Part shown: positions 37,586 to 51,010 of the stretch, piece by piece | How positions within the stretch are numbered: position 1 is the stretch's first letter | How the letters are laid out: every line of letters starts with the position of its first letter | Source: Octopus bimaculoides | Lineage: Eukaryota | Assembly: GCF_001194135.2 (NCBI RefSeq) | Contig: NC_068982.1 | Location: 163,872,095 to 163,936,094 of the forward strand | DNA: 64,000 nucleotides | Reading direction: 5' to 3' | Position numbers and translations under genes: made by a program | Notes under the pieces: model-generated | What the model was told of the DNA's origin: nothing | What the model saw: the letters and a program-made list of their open reading frames with translations, nothing else | The model's database searches: none

Positions 37586-38329
37586 GAGATTTCGGCTCTT
37601 ATACATAGATGCCCTACTTTGCCTTTTAATTGCATTGATGTCCTACTAAAATCTGTTTAGTTAACTTTACATCGATATTCCACTTTGTTTTTTTAAATAC
37701 ATCGTTGAACTGTTTCCTCTCTTCATGTACCTTTCCCTTCATTTAGTTAGAAGTAAGACAGCTATTAGGTAGCTGTTAGTGCATCATTTACTACATGAAC
37801 ATTCCTCAAAGCTGATATGACAATAAGTGAGTGATATTGGTTTGCCCGAGCTTGTTGACATTTTTACCTTAGATCTAAATCTGGATCTGTGTCAGTGACA
37901 AAGCGTAGCTTTTGAACGCCCAGTGCGGTAGCCAAATTAGCTGTTCTTCTTAAATATGACAACAAACATATGCCTAAATAGGAGACATTCTGTGCAATTC
38001 GCACACCCTGCACACTCCACGTTTCGCCTTTGAACTTCCTGATTTTTCCCTGCATATATTTGGTAATCAAATTCCGGTTTATCGAAATCCATTAGACATC
38101 TTTCCCGGATAACAAAAACCACGAGTACCACGTTTAATGTGACATTAGTCGAAGAACTACAGTTACCAATACTTCCAGTTATGCATATAACAGCATAAGT
38201 TTATTCTTCCTTTTATAGACGTTGATTTGAGAGAGATTTGGCTATTGATTCTAGCAGGTTGTGCGACCACTAGAGTCTTCTATGTTGGCTCGAATGAATG
38301 CTTGCCAAATTACTTCTGTTGATGTTTAC

Positions 38330-39340
38330 TCTAAAGGTGGAAAGCCATGTGAAAGAAAGTATTTTTTCTTTGGTCTTCCAAAACGCACCGAATTTATTGA
38401 TAACTCTCGTCGCGTGGTATTGTAATGTTGTTTGTAGCGCTTCTTCTTCATGAATCTGAAATGGATTCCATTCATTTCTATATTTGTGGAAAGCTCCATG
38501 ACATTTTCATGTATGAACTTTATTGAAGTGTTTTGTGTAGTCCATAAATTGTAAACATTCTTACTTTCTTCTAATCCTCGTTCACTCACTCGTTGATGAG
38601 TTAAGGGTTTTGTTTGTGCTTTACATTTCCGTTACAATCTCATTGTTCTCCAATATTTCTTTCTTTGTATAAAATGTGTTGTTTTCCTCATGATGACTTT
38701 AAGGTAGAAGTTTGATTATACGGTTCATAAAGCAATTTCTTTTGCGAAACCCACACTCAATAACATCTAACTTCTAAAGGTATTGATATGAAAATAAAAT
38801 CCAAGAATTCTTCTGGTGTTTTATCTCTGTCACATATCTTATTAAATAATTTAGGTATTAATTCAATACTGGATTCGCCATGGGCATTTAGAAATTTTAT
38901 GGAGCCTATTACAGTGCTGTTAGAGCTTTTATCTATCTTAATGCATTTCAATGCATTCCCAATCACTTCTTCTAAGATGAGAAGTCCTTTCAAATTCTTT
39001 GTGATTTGGAATTTGACATTTCTCTCATCCTGAATCATGCTTTTAATATACTCGATCCATCTTTTGAAATTTTATTACTTTTTCAAGTTGATATTAGTCT
39101 TTTCTTTATTGATACTTGTATTCGTTTAGTTCAGCTTAAATTTCTTTGTTGTGTTGAAGTATTTCCAGAAATTTCGCCTTTGGTCAGGACTGCTTTGTCA
39201 GAGTACTTTTTGCAATTACTTTTTAACATAGCAACATTCACACATATTCGCCCATCTGCACATATACTCCCACCACACACACATATACACAAATACATCT
39301 TACGAATACGATTCTTAGCTGAAAGTAGGAAAGGCTTGGT
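38330..39340 (-). pseudogene. Highly decayed RTE-clade LINE RT fragments
   Basis: ILEEVIGNALKCIK...LIPKLFNKI...FIFISIP; ERGLEESKNVY; GSICADGR. Confidence 0.6.
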
Positions 39341-39689
39341 ACAAATGAATCGAATTATCAAGTCTTGGGTGGAATAGTAATAATAATGCTGGTTTCAAAT
39401 TTAGGCACAAGGGCGTAAATTTTTGAGGGGAGGGAGAGTAGTCAATATTATTTACCTCAATACTTTACTAACACTTTATTTTAACGACTCAAAAGGATGA
39501 AAGGCAAAGCGGACCGGGGGGGGGGGTTAATAGAGAGTGTAAACTGAGTGTAAACAGACATTTTCTGACGTTTTAATAACATATTTTCTCTCTCGCTTCT
39601 GCGTTGCTCCAGTTGACTCAGCAGTCAAAAATGTGTTGTACCTGTTGTTGAATGGGGCCAACTTTCTCACATTCGGGGTGCCACGCTGA

Positions 39690-39800
39690 TTCTCTGTGAA
39701 GGATTCAGCCACTTGCACGGTAATTTCACGAACAGGTTGTTCCGTTGATCGATTCACACAGGAACACTCGTCGTCGTAACCTATAAAGTGGCCAGTTATG
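39690..39800. mobile_element. Interspersed repeat, family C fragment
   Basis: gccacttgcacggtaatttcacga...ttccgttgatc...gtcgtcgtaacc matches 41812-41955. Confidence 0.55.
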
Positions 39801-39838
39801 TAAACGTGCATGCACACACAAGCACGCGTACGCACACA

Positions 39839-39920
<82 letters not shown>

Positions 39921-40570
39921 AATATATAGACAGCCAATGACACTCTCCTGTTGATACTTCTGGCTTATCACCAACCGTTGTTGTTGGCTTGTATGTTCGT
40001 TACTTGAGACACTGTACATCACTCGAAAACTTATTCGTAATCCTATTTGTTCGTGATGAGAGGCGTTCGTAAACCGAGGTTCCACCGTATATAATATTGT
40101 ATAATTATGTTATTGATGGCTGCAGGAAATATCGCTTGAGTGCTTGCACTGAAATATAATATAATATAATATAATATAATATAATATAATATCTATATTA
40201 ATAAAGGCAAAATGCTGTCTGTCTGTCTGGGACCGCTGTATCGCAGTCTACATTTGCTCTACATAGACATATTATACCATTTTGGAATCATTTACTTCTT
40301 GAACATCCAGCATTGGGATCTGATTTAAAAGCATTTGGGTTGCTATTTCTAGTAGGTAAAGTTTGGCTGATTTACGATATCTTAGTTGGCGTTTATCAGC
40401 TGTCGTCAGAGATCAAGGGGGAGACATCCACTTCGTTAATTTTACGTCGAGATAAGAACTTTGGGACAAATTGGCCAACAGTTGGAAATCAACTTGGAAC
40501 TGGAACAATAGAATGATCGCATTACAGAGTTATTTCTTATCCGGCCGTAACCTTTGATTAAACACCATCG

Positions 40571-40818
40571 GGGCATATAGCGAAGTGGTTAAGAGTGCGG
40601 GCTACTAACCCCAAGATTCCGAGTTCGATACCAAGCAGTGACCATAATAATAATAATAATAATAACAATAACATCGAAAAATACCTTAGGAATGAGAACC
40701 CAGGTTCGAAATTTCTGCAAGACACCTGATGAAAGCTGGAGGGTATATCTGCCGAAATGTTGTGTCAACAACAAACAGGATGAGGACAAATATAATATCC
40801 GTCAAATGTAAATAATGT
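40571..40818 (+). mobile_element. tRNA-headed SINE-like element with (TAA)n linker and hammerhead-bearing tail
   Basis: A box tagcgaagtgg 40578-40588, B box gttcgatac near 40623, anticodon-like arm, (TAA)n, then gacacCTGATGA...GAAAtgttgtgtc. Confidence 0.65.
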
Positions 40819-41186
40819 TGTCTTTGATTGTTTAAGCAACAATAGTAGTAGAGAAAGGAGGTGGAGAAGAAGAAGGAGAAGAAGAAGAAAAAATGCGGGA
40901 TTCTTCTTCTTCTTAGACAATCAATGACAAGAATTCATATCAAACTAGCTACTGCTAGAACTCACAGGATTAAAAAAGAGAGCCAGAGACAGACTAAAAA
41001 AAGGAAAATATCTCTTGCATTTGAAAACTATGGAAATATGTTTAAAAAACATTTCATTTAATTTTTCCACAATTTAACTGTTTTTCATACTTTACTCTAA
41101 GTTGAAAAAATCATAAAGACTGAAACCGGTACTAAAATGTTGTTCATGATAAAATTATTTTAGCATTGTCTATCTTGTCTAATTTT

Positions 41187-41287
<101 letters not shown>

Positions 41288-41582
41288 AATACAGTGTACA
41301 TTTAAACACATAAGAGGTATCCATCATAGGATTCCTTCACGCTAGAAAGAACACCTAATGTTCCAAACCTCTATTGGGGATAAAATTTCGAAAGGAATGA
41401 AATGAAAGTAAAAACATTTACCATCTAGTTCCTGGACCAATTGGTTTCTGATTTTTATTTTAGCAAATAAAATAATTTGTTAGGTGAAATCTTCGTCAAC
41501 AGGAACACCCAAGATTAAACATATATACACGAGGCAATCAATTATATGCCTCATGCTTATACATTCTAACCGCGCAGCTTCT

Positions 41583-41641
41583 CGTCGGCAGTAAATAAAA
41601 TGCCAACGTTAAAAGTTCGAAAATTTTATTTACTGCCGACG
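41583..41641. repeat. Perfect 19-bp inverted repeat with 21-nt loop
   Basis: cgtcggcagtaaataaaat ... attttatttactgccgacg. Confidence 0.9.
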
Positions 41642-41811
41642 TATGTATGTATATATGATTTTATATTATGAAATATTTTTATTTTCAAACAAATTCATCT
41701 ATCTTTCGACTTTTAAATTTAGTTTTAAGGTGAAAGACAAAATTTGCTAATATAATTAAGCAAATTTTGTCATTCAAAATATTTATTACGATTGTTTGTG
41801 AGTGTATTTTT

Positions 41812-41955
41812 TATGTGTCACACTGAATCTCCCAGAACTACGTTAAATGTACACGTGTCTGTGGAGTGCTCAGCCGCTTGCACGTTAATTTCACGAGCAA
41901 GCTGTTCCGTTGTTCGCATCAGCTTGGACTTTTGTCGTCGTAACCGACAGAATGC
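41812..41955. mobile_element. Interspersed repeat, family C fragment
   Basis: Matches 39690-39800. Confidence 0.55.
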
Positions 41956-42424
41956 TTCTTTTCCTTATTTTGATATGTACATGTGAATTCTTTTTGTTTT
42001 GTAGTTTCCTTCAAACGATAATAAATTTCGTTATTTCGTGCTGCTTTATGTTTATGTGAAGCTGTTTAATTTGCACTCAAATTCAAATGAAAATGCAATA
42101 ATGTATACAAATCTTCTATAATACAATTGTTATTTATTCCAGTTGAATATTGGCTAATAACTCATTTTATATAGCAAAACTAAATCTAAATTTAAAATAA
42201 TATCTCATTTCGGCGAATTTACTTGTAATAATAGTAATTTTGAGAGAAAATTCCATCAGCTTTATGTAAGAATATTTTGCTGAATTGTGTCTCGAACACA
42301 TTAAATACAGTTCAAGACACAATAAGAAACGGTCACAGCTTCAAAGGCGTGAAAGAATTGTGATTGCCTCTCCTTTAACGCCAAGTGAAATAACCCGAAC
42401 TTATCTCAGTATTTAACAACAGTT

Positions 42425-42742
42425 AAGGCAGCGAGCTGGCAGAATCGTTAGCACGCCAGACAAAATACTTAGCGGTATTTCGTCCATCTTTACCTTCTGA
42501 GTTCAAATTTCGCCGGGGTCGACTTTGCCTTTCATCCTTCAGGGGTCGACTTTGCCTTTCATCCTTCAGGGGTCGACNNNNNNNNNNCAGGGGTCGACTT
42601 TGCCTTTCATCCTTCAGGGGTCGACTTTGCCTTTCATCCTTCAGGGGTCGATAAAATAAGTACCATTCAAATACTGGAGTCGATTACATCGACTTACCAG
42701 CTTTCCTCGAAATTGCTGGTCTTGTGCCAAAATTTGAAACCA
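42425..42742 (+). mobile_element. SINE family A with an internal 27-bp tandem expansion
   Basis: Intact head aaggcagcgagctggcagaatcgttagcacgcc. The unit aggggtcgactttgcctttcatccttc repeats across 42515-42650 and spans a 10-N gap. Confidence 0.8.
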
Positions 42743-45269
42743 ATATTTGAAGTCATTTAGGACAAGAATTATTAGCAAACTTTGTTTTCTTCTTTAATTC
42801 TTGATATAAACGAAACATCAACTTAGCATTAAAAGAACTAATAATACTTTATCCTCTGGCTATGAAGTCTATAGACATACTTTTTGCATGCTAACTAAAC
42901 ACTGTCATTATGATTGTTTGCAAAAATTCTTTGTCTCTGATCATTCCTTTCCCGTCGGCTTCCAGAACATCTCCGTTTTTTAGACTCATTAGTTTTCTCG
43001 GCATTATAGCAATAAATCTATGGTATATGTAAAGATTCTTTTCTATATTAATAAGTCCTAAAACTTATTGGACAGAAGCTATTCGAACATTCGTATGTTC
43101 TCAGGTTAAACTTTCCGCCATCCAACTGCTGTTAATGTTTTGCATACCAGGTGACCAGGAAAATTTCTCTATACAGATTATAACTTAGAAAAAAAATCCA
43201 ACTGTGCGTTTATTAAACATTCTTTCATCTTCGAGCACTAGCTTTTTTTTAGAATTTTCAATTCCACCATTGATAGTTGTTAAAAGACATTCAGTACTAC
43301 GTTCATCTTCCAAAAATTATGCACTTCATTTCTCGTCAAATTTACAATTTTTAACTGTGGCTGCTGATAGAATAATGTCTCACTAAAATGCACGCAGCCA
43401 CTGGTGAATATAAATAACATTAGTTTGTTTTGTAGTCAAACGTTCCATAATTGCTAGATAGTTTAATTTATCAATTTTAAAGCAGCTGCAATTTATTTAA
43501 AAAAAGTTAATTAATTTAAACAAAACATTTATATTCATAGCAAGTTTCGTAAATATACAAGGGAATTGTATTTTGTAGAATATATAAACAAAAATGAAAG
43601 ACTGAAATATTTTAAAACACAGATGGCTTACAATTTTTGTACATCTAAGGATTTGAACAACGAAACAGTACATGAAATTAGCGTAAAAGTATTTAGTATG
43701 TTGTTCAGATATATGTGACATACCTCTTCCCCACTGCAAAACTGAAATATATACATGACTTTACTACACACATGTACATGAATATTTATACATATAGATA
43801 TTTATATCTATACCTATACACATATATACTGGACTCACGCGCGCACATGTGCACACATCACTTGCATATTCAGATAGCACACACATACACATCACATATA
43901 TTTGTAATGATAAACGCAATTAGGGGCATAACAAATGTGGGATGGACAAATGGTAAGATACTAGATAATGTGCTTGCAGATCATTAGTTCAAATCTGCTG
44001 CAGTTAATCCTATGTGCTTTAGAGAAGAATACTTCATTTTATATTACCTTACCAAAAATTACTATCGGTTTCGGGAACAGAAATTGGATTTATTGGGGTT
44101 TATTACCCGGTAGATTGCATTTATTGCCCAAATGATTGAATAACTAGTATGGTACTTGTATTTACAACTGTTTCAGCTAGTTTGATGTATAGTATAGATA
44201 TGCTTCATGGTTGCTTGAATCTGATGGGAAAACGTTTTGTAATTCGTAGGATAGCATTGTAGCCTTCACATTCAATGTTACTGCTACTTCTACATGTAAT
44301 TTCAGATGTTAGTTGTAGTTTACATTGGATAAACGTTTATGTCTCTCGAACGGCTCAAAGATGTAACCTAGTTTCGCTTATAAAACACGCCTTTCTTAAA
44401 TACTATTTGTTTAAGTCTCAAATCTTATGCCAACATACACAATGACTTATCACACAAAATCTATGATTTATAAGAGTGACTATGTTATTCTCATCGATCT
44501 TCGCTGAATAACAGAAGTGATTTGGCTTCATGGAATAATTAGAATTCCATAACAAACTCTGGAATCTTATGCCGAAAGCTAACCTCATTTTTCATACGTT
44601 CGTCAGGAAAACACACACTCATATACACTCGCACACACAAGAAAAAAACTATTACTATAATGCTAATCAGACGATGAGAAGAAATAGTATCGAAGTGAAG
44701 TCATTCCTTAATATAAGATATATCACAGACATATATCTTACGGCAGTCAATGAAAAACATGCTATACTGTCTTTCTGTCAGTGTTAAAACTTTAACCATT
44801 AAGTTTCGGCGAAAATTTGCAAGATCTAAAAGTTCATCTGATTTAATCGGTTTATTTATGTATGGATTTTACCACAGACATCATGTCATTTACATATTGA
44901 AGGCTCCTTATCTTGTTGAAAAATATTGAAATAAATATTGAGGATGACATAATCAGACCAATTCCTCGTTTGACAATAATCGAATAGCCAAAGTTTCTAT
45001 TGATTTTCTTTTAAATAATATTGTTATATCTATGTCTATTTTCCATGCTCATAGTTGAATACAATTGTGTAGTTTTATGGTATTGTTTCTGAGTGCAGTC
45101 TCAGAGTATAATGGCATGGAACGGTATTACTTTCAAAATTATAGTAGAATGGTGATAGTAGAATGGTGATAATAGAATTGAAAGCAGGGTTTGGATGTTA
45201 GCATTTCTTTATTACTATGAGCTAAGAAAGAATTCCTTCGTTTTACATATTAATGCCACTTCTTGTAGT

Positions 45270-45620
45270 AGTGAGTCATCAGACCCCGTGGAACCAAAAC
45301 ACTCCTTTCCCTGGAAGTACGTCCCGACTGACGTACTTTCTCCAATCTGCTTATTCTGTTGGTGTTATAGAGATCTCTATTTCCCGGAGCTGACTGGTCG
45401 TGTGTCACTTCTCATCACTTAGGTACTCCTGACTCACTTGTTTCTTTGCCTGTCGTCGACGCGCTAGACTCCATTCAAACCAGTCCTTTGTTCCAGAGCG
45501 TCATCCCTTTGAAATTCTCATTCTATCCTTATCTTTCTTGCAAACATCGATTTGCAACTGCTCTAGAATAACGTTAACTGTATCGATCTCACCGGTTTTA
45601 AAGACTACTGCCATTTCTTT
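45270..45620 (-). mobile_element. Possible 3' end of an L1/Tx1-like LINE
   Basis: GC-richer island with weak resemblance to Tx1 ORF2 C-termini and 3' UTR. No diagnostic motif. Confidence 0.3.
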
Positions 45621-46782
45621 CAGAACTAACCAACAAGAAAATGTCTTGAACACGGTGTTGTGCTAGAATCAGGGATACGAATGATCAAATCCCCACAAAC
45701 TGCTCAGTACCCGATTGATTGAAGCCAATACAGCCGGTATAAAGTTACAATAATACAAGAACTATAGAAATGCGAACTGTGTCTACAACACTGGTTTGTT
45801 TCCTTCTTGACTGTTAAATATATATATATATATATATATATATAAGATTGAACCAGAGACAGAATAAATGCTGAAAAAATTTTAATTTGTTCTACAATCT
45901 CTCGACTTTGCCAGCTGCAGGCCATACACAATTTTACGACCGTGTAATTTATGAAATAATCTATTTAATAAGATTTATGATTACCAAGAAACTGTTTGAC
46001 AGTTGAATTTTACTTTCTAATTCCTACATTCTCATAATCACATCAATTAAAATTTTGCATTAGACAGTTAAGCTTGTTTTGACTAGTAAATAACCAACAT
46101 CTCTGTGACTATTTCCTCCATTTCTCACTTCTTTTCGCAAACTTTTCATCTCTTCCTCCCACTCACATTTTATAATACGCCCCTCTCTCTCCCTCACTCT
46201 CTTACTCTTTCCTTCTCTCCAACTTTCAATTTTCTGCTTTTCTTTTTATTTCTCTTTATTTCTATATTTTCTGCTCTTTTTCATCTCTATTTACCTAGTT
46301 TCTGTTCGTTTTTCTCATTATCTTACATCTCCATCAATATTGCAAAAACTACACTAACAAACTTATAAATAACTGGTTGTCTTATAAACAGACAATGTAT
46401 GTGTATGTCAACCCCATCTATCTTTGTATATATCAATCTATCATATAGTTATTCACATGTCTTCCTTTCTAGCTTTGTCCATATATNNNNNNNNNNNNNN
46501 NNNNNNNNNNNNNNNNNNNNNNNNNTATATATATATATATCTACCACTTTAAAAGTTTTTTATCCCTAAATTTCTCTTTCAATTTTTAAAAAAATTTCCC
46601 ATCTCTCCATCTTTGTTTCTTTCTATATGTTTGTCTTTTCTTCTCTTTTTTTCTCATTCTATATCCTTCGCTACACCGAAAAAAAATGCTAAAATCTACA
46701 ATACATCTACATAGACAACTATATCTCTTCTAAACAGACGGTATATGTGTGCACTTCTACTTCCTTTTCTCTTTTCTACCTT

Positions 46783-46784
<2 letters not shown>

Positions 46785-46820
<36 letters not shown>

Positions 46821-46830
46821 NNNNNNNNNN

Positions 46831-46913
<83 letters not shown>

Positions 46914-47040
46914 CTCTGTCTGTTTGTCCGTCTGTCTGTTTGTCTCTCTGTCTGTCCGTCTGCCTGTCTGTCTGTCTGTCCGTCTGTCTGTCTGTCTGTC
47001 TGTCCGTCTATCTATCTAGATAGATAACTACCTACCTACC
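46785..47040. repeat. Compound (TCTA)n(TCTG)n microsatellite
   Basis: Directly visible; includes a 10-N gap. Confidence 0.95.
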
Positions 47041-49650
47041 TACCAGTCAGAGTTAGACAGACATACTTTCTCCACTCTGGTTTTTCTGTTACTATTACAG
47101 GGATTTCGATCCTTATAATTGGTAGCGTGCCATCTCTCTCCTCTCAGGCATTCCCGATTACTGTAAAGACACTCCAGACTCCACACAAACTAGTTCTTTT
47201 TCTCGAGCGTCAGTCCTCTGAAATTCTTAGCCTATGATGGAAGGCGTTCGAATAATGATCATCCCGTTTTGTTTTTATTCAGACGTAGTGCATTTTGGAT
47301 TATACTATCATACGTGTCCCTCGGTGTTTAAGAAGGAAGTGTCTGAGATGAGGTTGCTGCTAATTCTAGTGGACTGTCATTTATTCACCCTCATTGACTT
47401 TCCTAGAAGTTACAGAAATTAAAACGAAAACCATATAAATATAAATGTATCTTAAAAACAAAAATGATATAATTCTTGCTTTGGAAAACTTTTTATGGTA
47501 ACGGAATTTTATGTTCATTGAATCTTCTCACTCATCCAAACTTATATTCCTCATTGGTTTTTTTTTATTACCCCGTTCATAGGTGTTAGATAAAAGAAAA
47601 AAAAATGTCACACCATTAGTATCATTTGTTCTCAAAGAGTCAGATCTCAAATTATATGCCGAATAGTATATAGTGCAGATATTTACTATTTGGCACAACC
47701 ATCATTCTCTTCAAATAAATACTGATTAATTATTTAGGATGCAAGATTTATAGGAGAGAGAGGAATAAGACTGTATGATGTTTATGCCTTCGTCAAAGGT
47801 ATTAACATCGATAAGTGAAGTGAATCAACTTCAATCAGAACTTATCTTCTTTCAATTAAGTATTCAAATTCTGTTTAGATATATAATGATTTATCCAAAT
47901 GTTATAAGACAGCAATTCGTTGTAGAAAACGTATAGTCGATTGTTTTTATCCCTGCGAACAAATTGTTTGTATTTGAATCGAGTACAAAGGAATAGCAGA
48001 CTTAGTCATCTTAAGTGTAAGTTGAACTTAACTTGCATACAGACAATAATTATTGTGTAGCCTTAAGCAAAAGCTGTATGATTTTAATATATTATAATTT
48101 GTCTGCTTTGTATATTACCTACAACTTGCAGTTATTGTAAATTAGCTCTAATGCCGATGCTACAATTGGCAGGAAAAATATTTAGTATATTTAATCGGGT
48201 CAATACATCATTGGTGCTTATTTTATTAAAATAAAATTGAATGTCGGTTCCTACTACTTCCCCACTGTATTGTTTATGTTTAAATATTCAAATACATAAA
48301 GGTTTCTTTTATAGGCATATGTTGCTCCTAGTTTTGAAGGGCGGCTTTGGATTGTATCATGTGAAAGCCACATACATACCCATTACTAAAAAAGTGGTGC
48401 TTTTTGCCTCTACCAATCATTGAAATAGATATAAGATGTTTACCTCTGTTATATTACAGATCTGTTATAAGTAATAAATAATCGGATGTATTGTTTATGT
48501 AGATAGAAGGGATAATTATCCTGGAATGGTTTCTCATTGATTCCACTAAGTTCAAAGGAAGAGCTGAATTTAGCAGTACCCCAATGAAACTCGCATTTGT
48601 TTGTTACATTCAGGAATTATACCATTATGCCGAACCTAGAAAGTATCAGACACACCCACATTAGGCGGCCTCTTGTTTGATACGAGCCTAATAACTTGTT
48701 TCCGCTATAATAAATTGAGGAAAGAAAGATAAAGTTAATATTAGCGAGATCTGAACTAAAACATTAAGGTACAACGTTAAATGCTGTAAAGCAATTAAGT
48801 TCGTAATGTCATCGTGTTTTACCGCTGCAACTTCCTCCGATTTAATAACGAATTTTAATATTAACACAGCTACTAATGCGTTGAGTGAATTGGAATTTAT
48901 GCACTAACAGTAATTATTTTATCATTCTAATAGAGACGAAAACAAATTTAAAGTCAATACAGTCGGGATTTGAACTCAGGATTTGAAGTGCTGCACTGAA
49001 TACCACGAAGCAATAAATTCGGCGCTTAATTCGTTTATCCTCTCGCACACGCGATGATAACTTATTTAGACATAATAGTACGACTGTAATTGCAAAGACG
49101 AGATTGTATGATATTCATACCTCTCTTAAGGAGATTAGCGATATACGTTGAAGGTTATAAATCAAATTTGGATTACATATTTTATTATCTTTGAAATTAC
49201 TTCTTTGGCTGAAGTGTTCCTCTTCTCAACTGTTTTCTTAAACAAATAATGGAAAGTTATTTAGAGTAAAGATTTTATATAAGGTGGAAGATTGGTGTTA
49301 TTCTGCAAGGGTCATTCTACTTTGAAGTTCAGTGGGTACATACAATCAGAATAAATATGAACCTGCTCGTGAAAACTATTAACCAACTATCAACCAAGTT
49401 AAAAAGATCGTTTAATTCATAGTCGGCAATGAATACTACACTTCTAACGAATGCATGTGTGAAACAATAAACACAAAGTCCCATACTGTACAGTGCACCC
49501 AACCCTCTCATCAAATAGCAATTGCTTACACTGGCTCACGATGCAAATTTATACTGGAGGGATATAGATCAGCTACACTATGGTTCACTTTGTTTTGGAA
49601 CGGTGCAATTGTATAAAGGTGATATAATGAACTAAATATAAGTTGTACAT

Positions 49651-49864
49651 AAGGCGGTGAGCTGGCAGAACCGTTAGGACTCCAGGCAAAATGCTTATCA
49701 GCATTTTGTGGTCTTTACGTTCTGAGCTCAAATTCCACCGAGACCAGCTTCGTATTTCATCCTTTCGGGGTCGATGAAATAATTACCAGTTATGCACTGG
49801 GGTCGATATAAGCAACTTGAATCCTCCCCTGAAATTGCTGGTCTTGTGTCAAAATTTGAAACCA
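49651..49864 (+). mobile_element. tRNA-derived SINE, family A
   Basis: aaggcggtgagctggcagaaccgttag...catcctttcggggtcgat...aaatttgaaacc. Confidence 0.8.
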
Positions 49865-50632
49865 CGATAATTTGAAACCACTATAGTCGACAATAAATAC
49901 TACGCTTCTAACGAATATATGTTTGAAACATTAGCATAAAGCCATACGTTTATAGGAAGTATGTAGCCTGTTGATTCGAGCGCAGTATTTAACTGGAACT
50001 TATTGTTACCAATCTCTGGAGGTATTAAATGATAACTCAACCTCTGCAGAACTTAAACTCAGGCGGGACAGAGACGTAAATAAATAGCACAAGGCAATTT
50101 TGTCTGGCACACTACTCATTCTTCCCTCATAGCACTTTCCATGAAATGAAAAACGATTTCAAAAATTGGTTGAAAGACTATAGTTTATGGGAAATAGGTA
50201 TACTTAATTTAATATACTCCTCCTGTTTATCATTAATACTATTTCTTATTATCTCCTAGATATATGAAATCTGAAGTAGACCATGGCGTAGTTTGAAACC
50301 TGAGTGCAAAAGGACCCATTTAAATACTGTAAAATTTTAGTCCAGTGCTTTACTGCTTTTGCCACTCAGTGACCTCATCAAATAAATAATGAGAATATAA
50401 ACGATTGTTATCGATTCTTCGGTGCCAATACAGACATTTTGCAATAAATTTCTGAACTCAGAAAATTTATTTTTCTTAACTTTATAAGGTAAAAAATAAA
50501 ATAAAATAATGAAATAATGATTTAACTATGGATAACTCGACTTCTGTATTTGTTTGATTTGTTTTTTTAACACACAGATACATCTATATGTGTGTATGTA
50601 TTCAAGAATATGCATGTGTACACACAGACATA

Positions 50633-50694
<62 letters not shown>

Positions 50695-50785
50695 TATATA
50701 TGTGTGTATATATACACGCACACATTCATGTAAATATATATGTTACGTAAATTACTGATCTGTTTCTTTCTTTCTCTATTTTCTC

Positions 50786-50836
<51 letters not shown>

Positions 50837-50953
50837 ATCTATGTATAAATATATGTATATATGTATATATGTATTAATGTATAAATATATGTATTAGTGT
50901 ATAAATATATTTATGTATGTATGTATCTATGTATAAATATATGTATGTATGTA

Positions 50954-51010
<57 letters not shown>

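Noticed and set aside
40571-40645. Functional tRNA gene
   Set aside because: The acceptor stem does not pair properly and the sequence continues into a repeat body, so it is treated as a SINE head.
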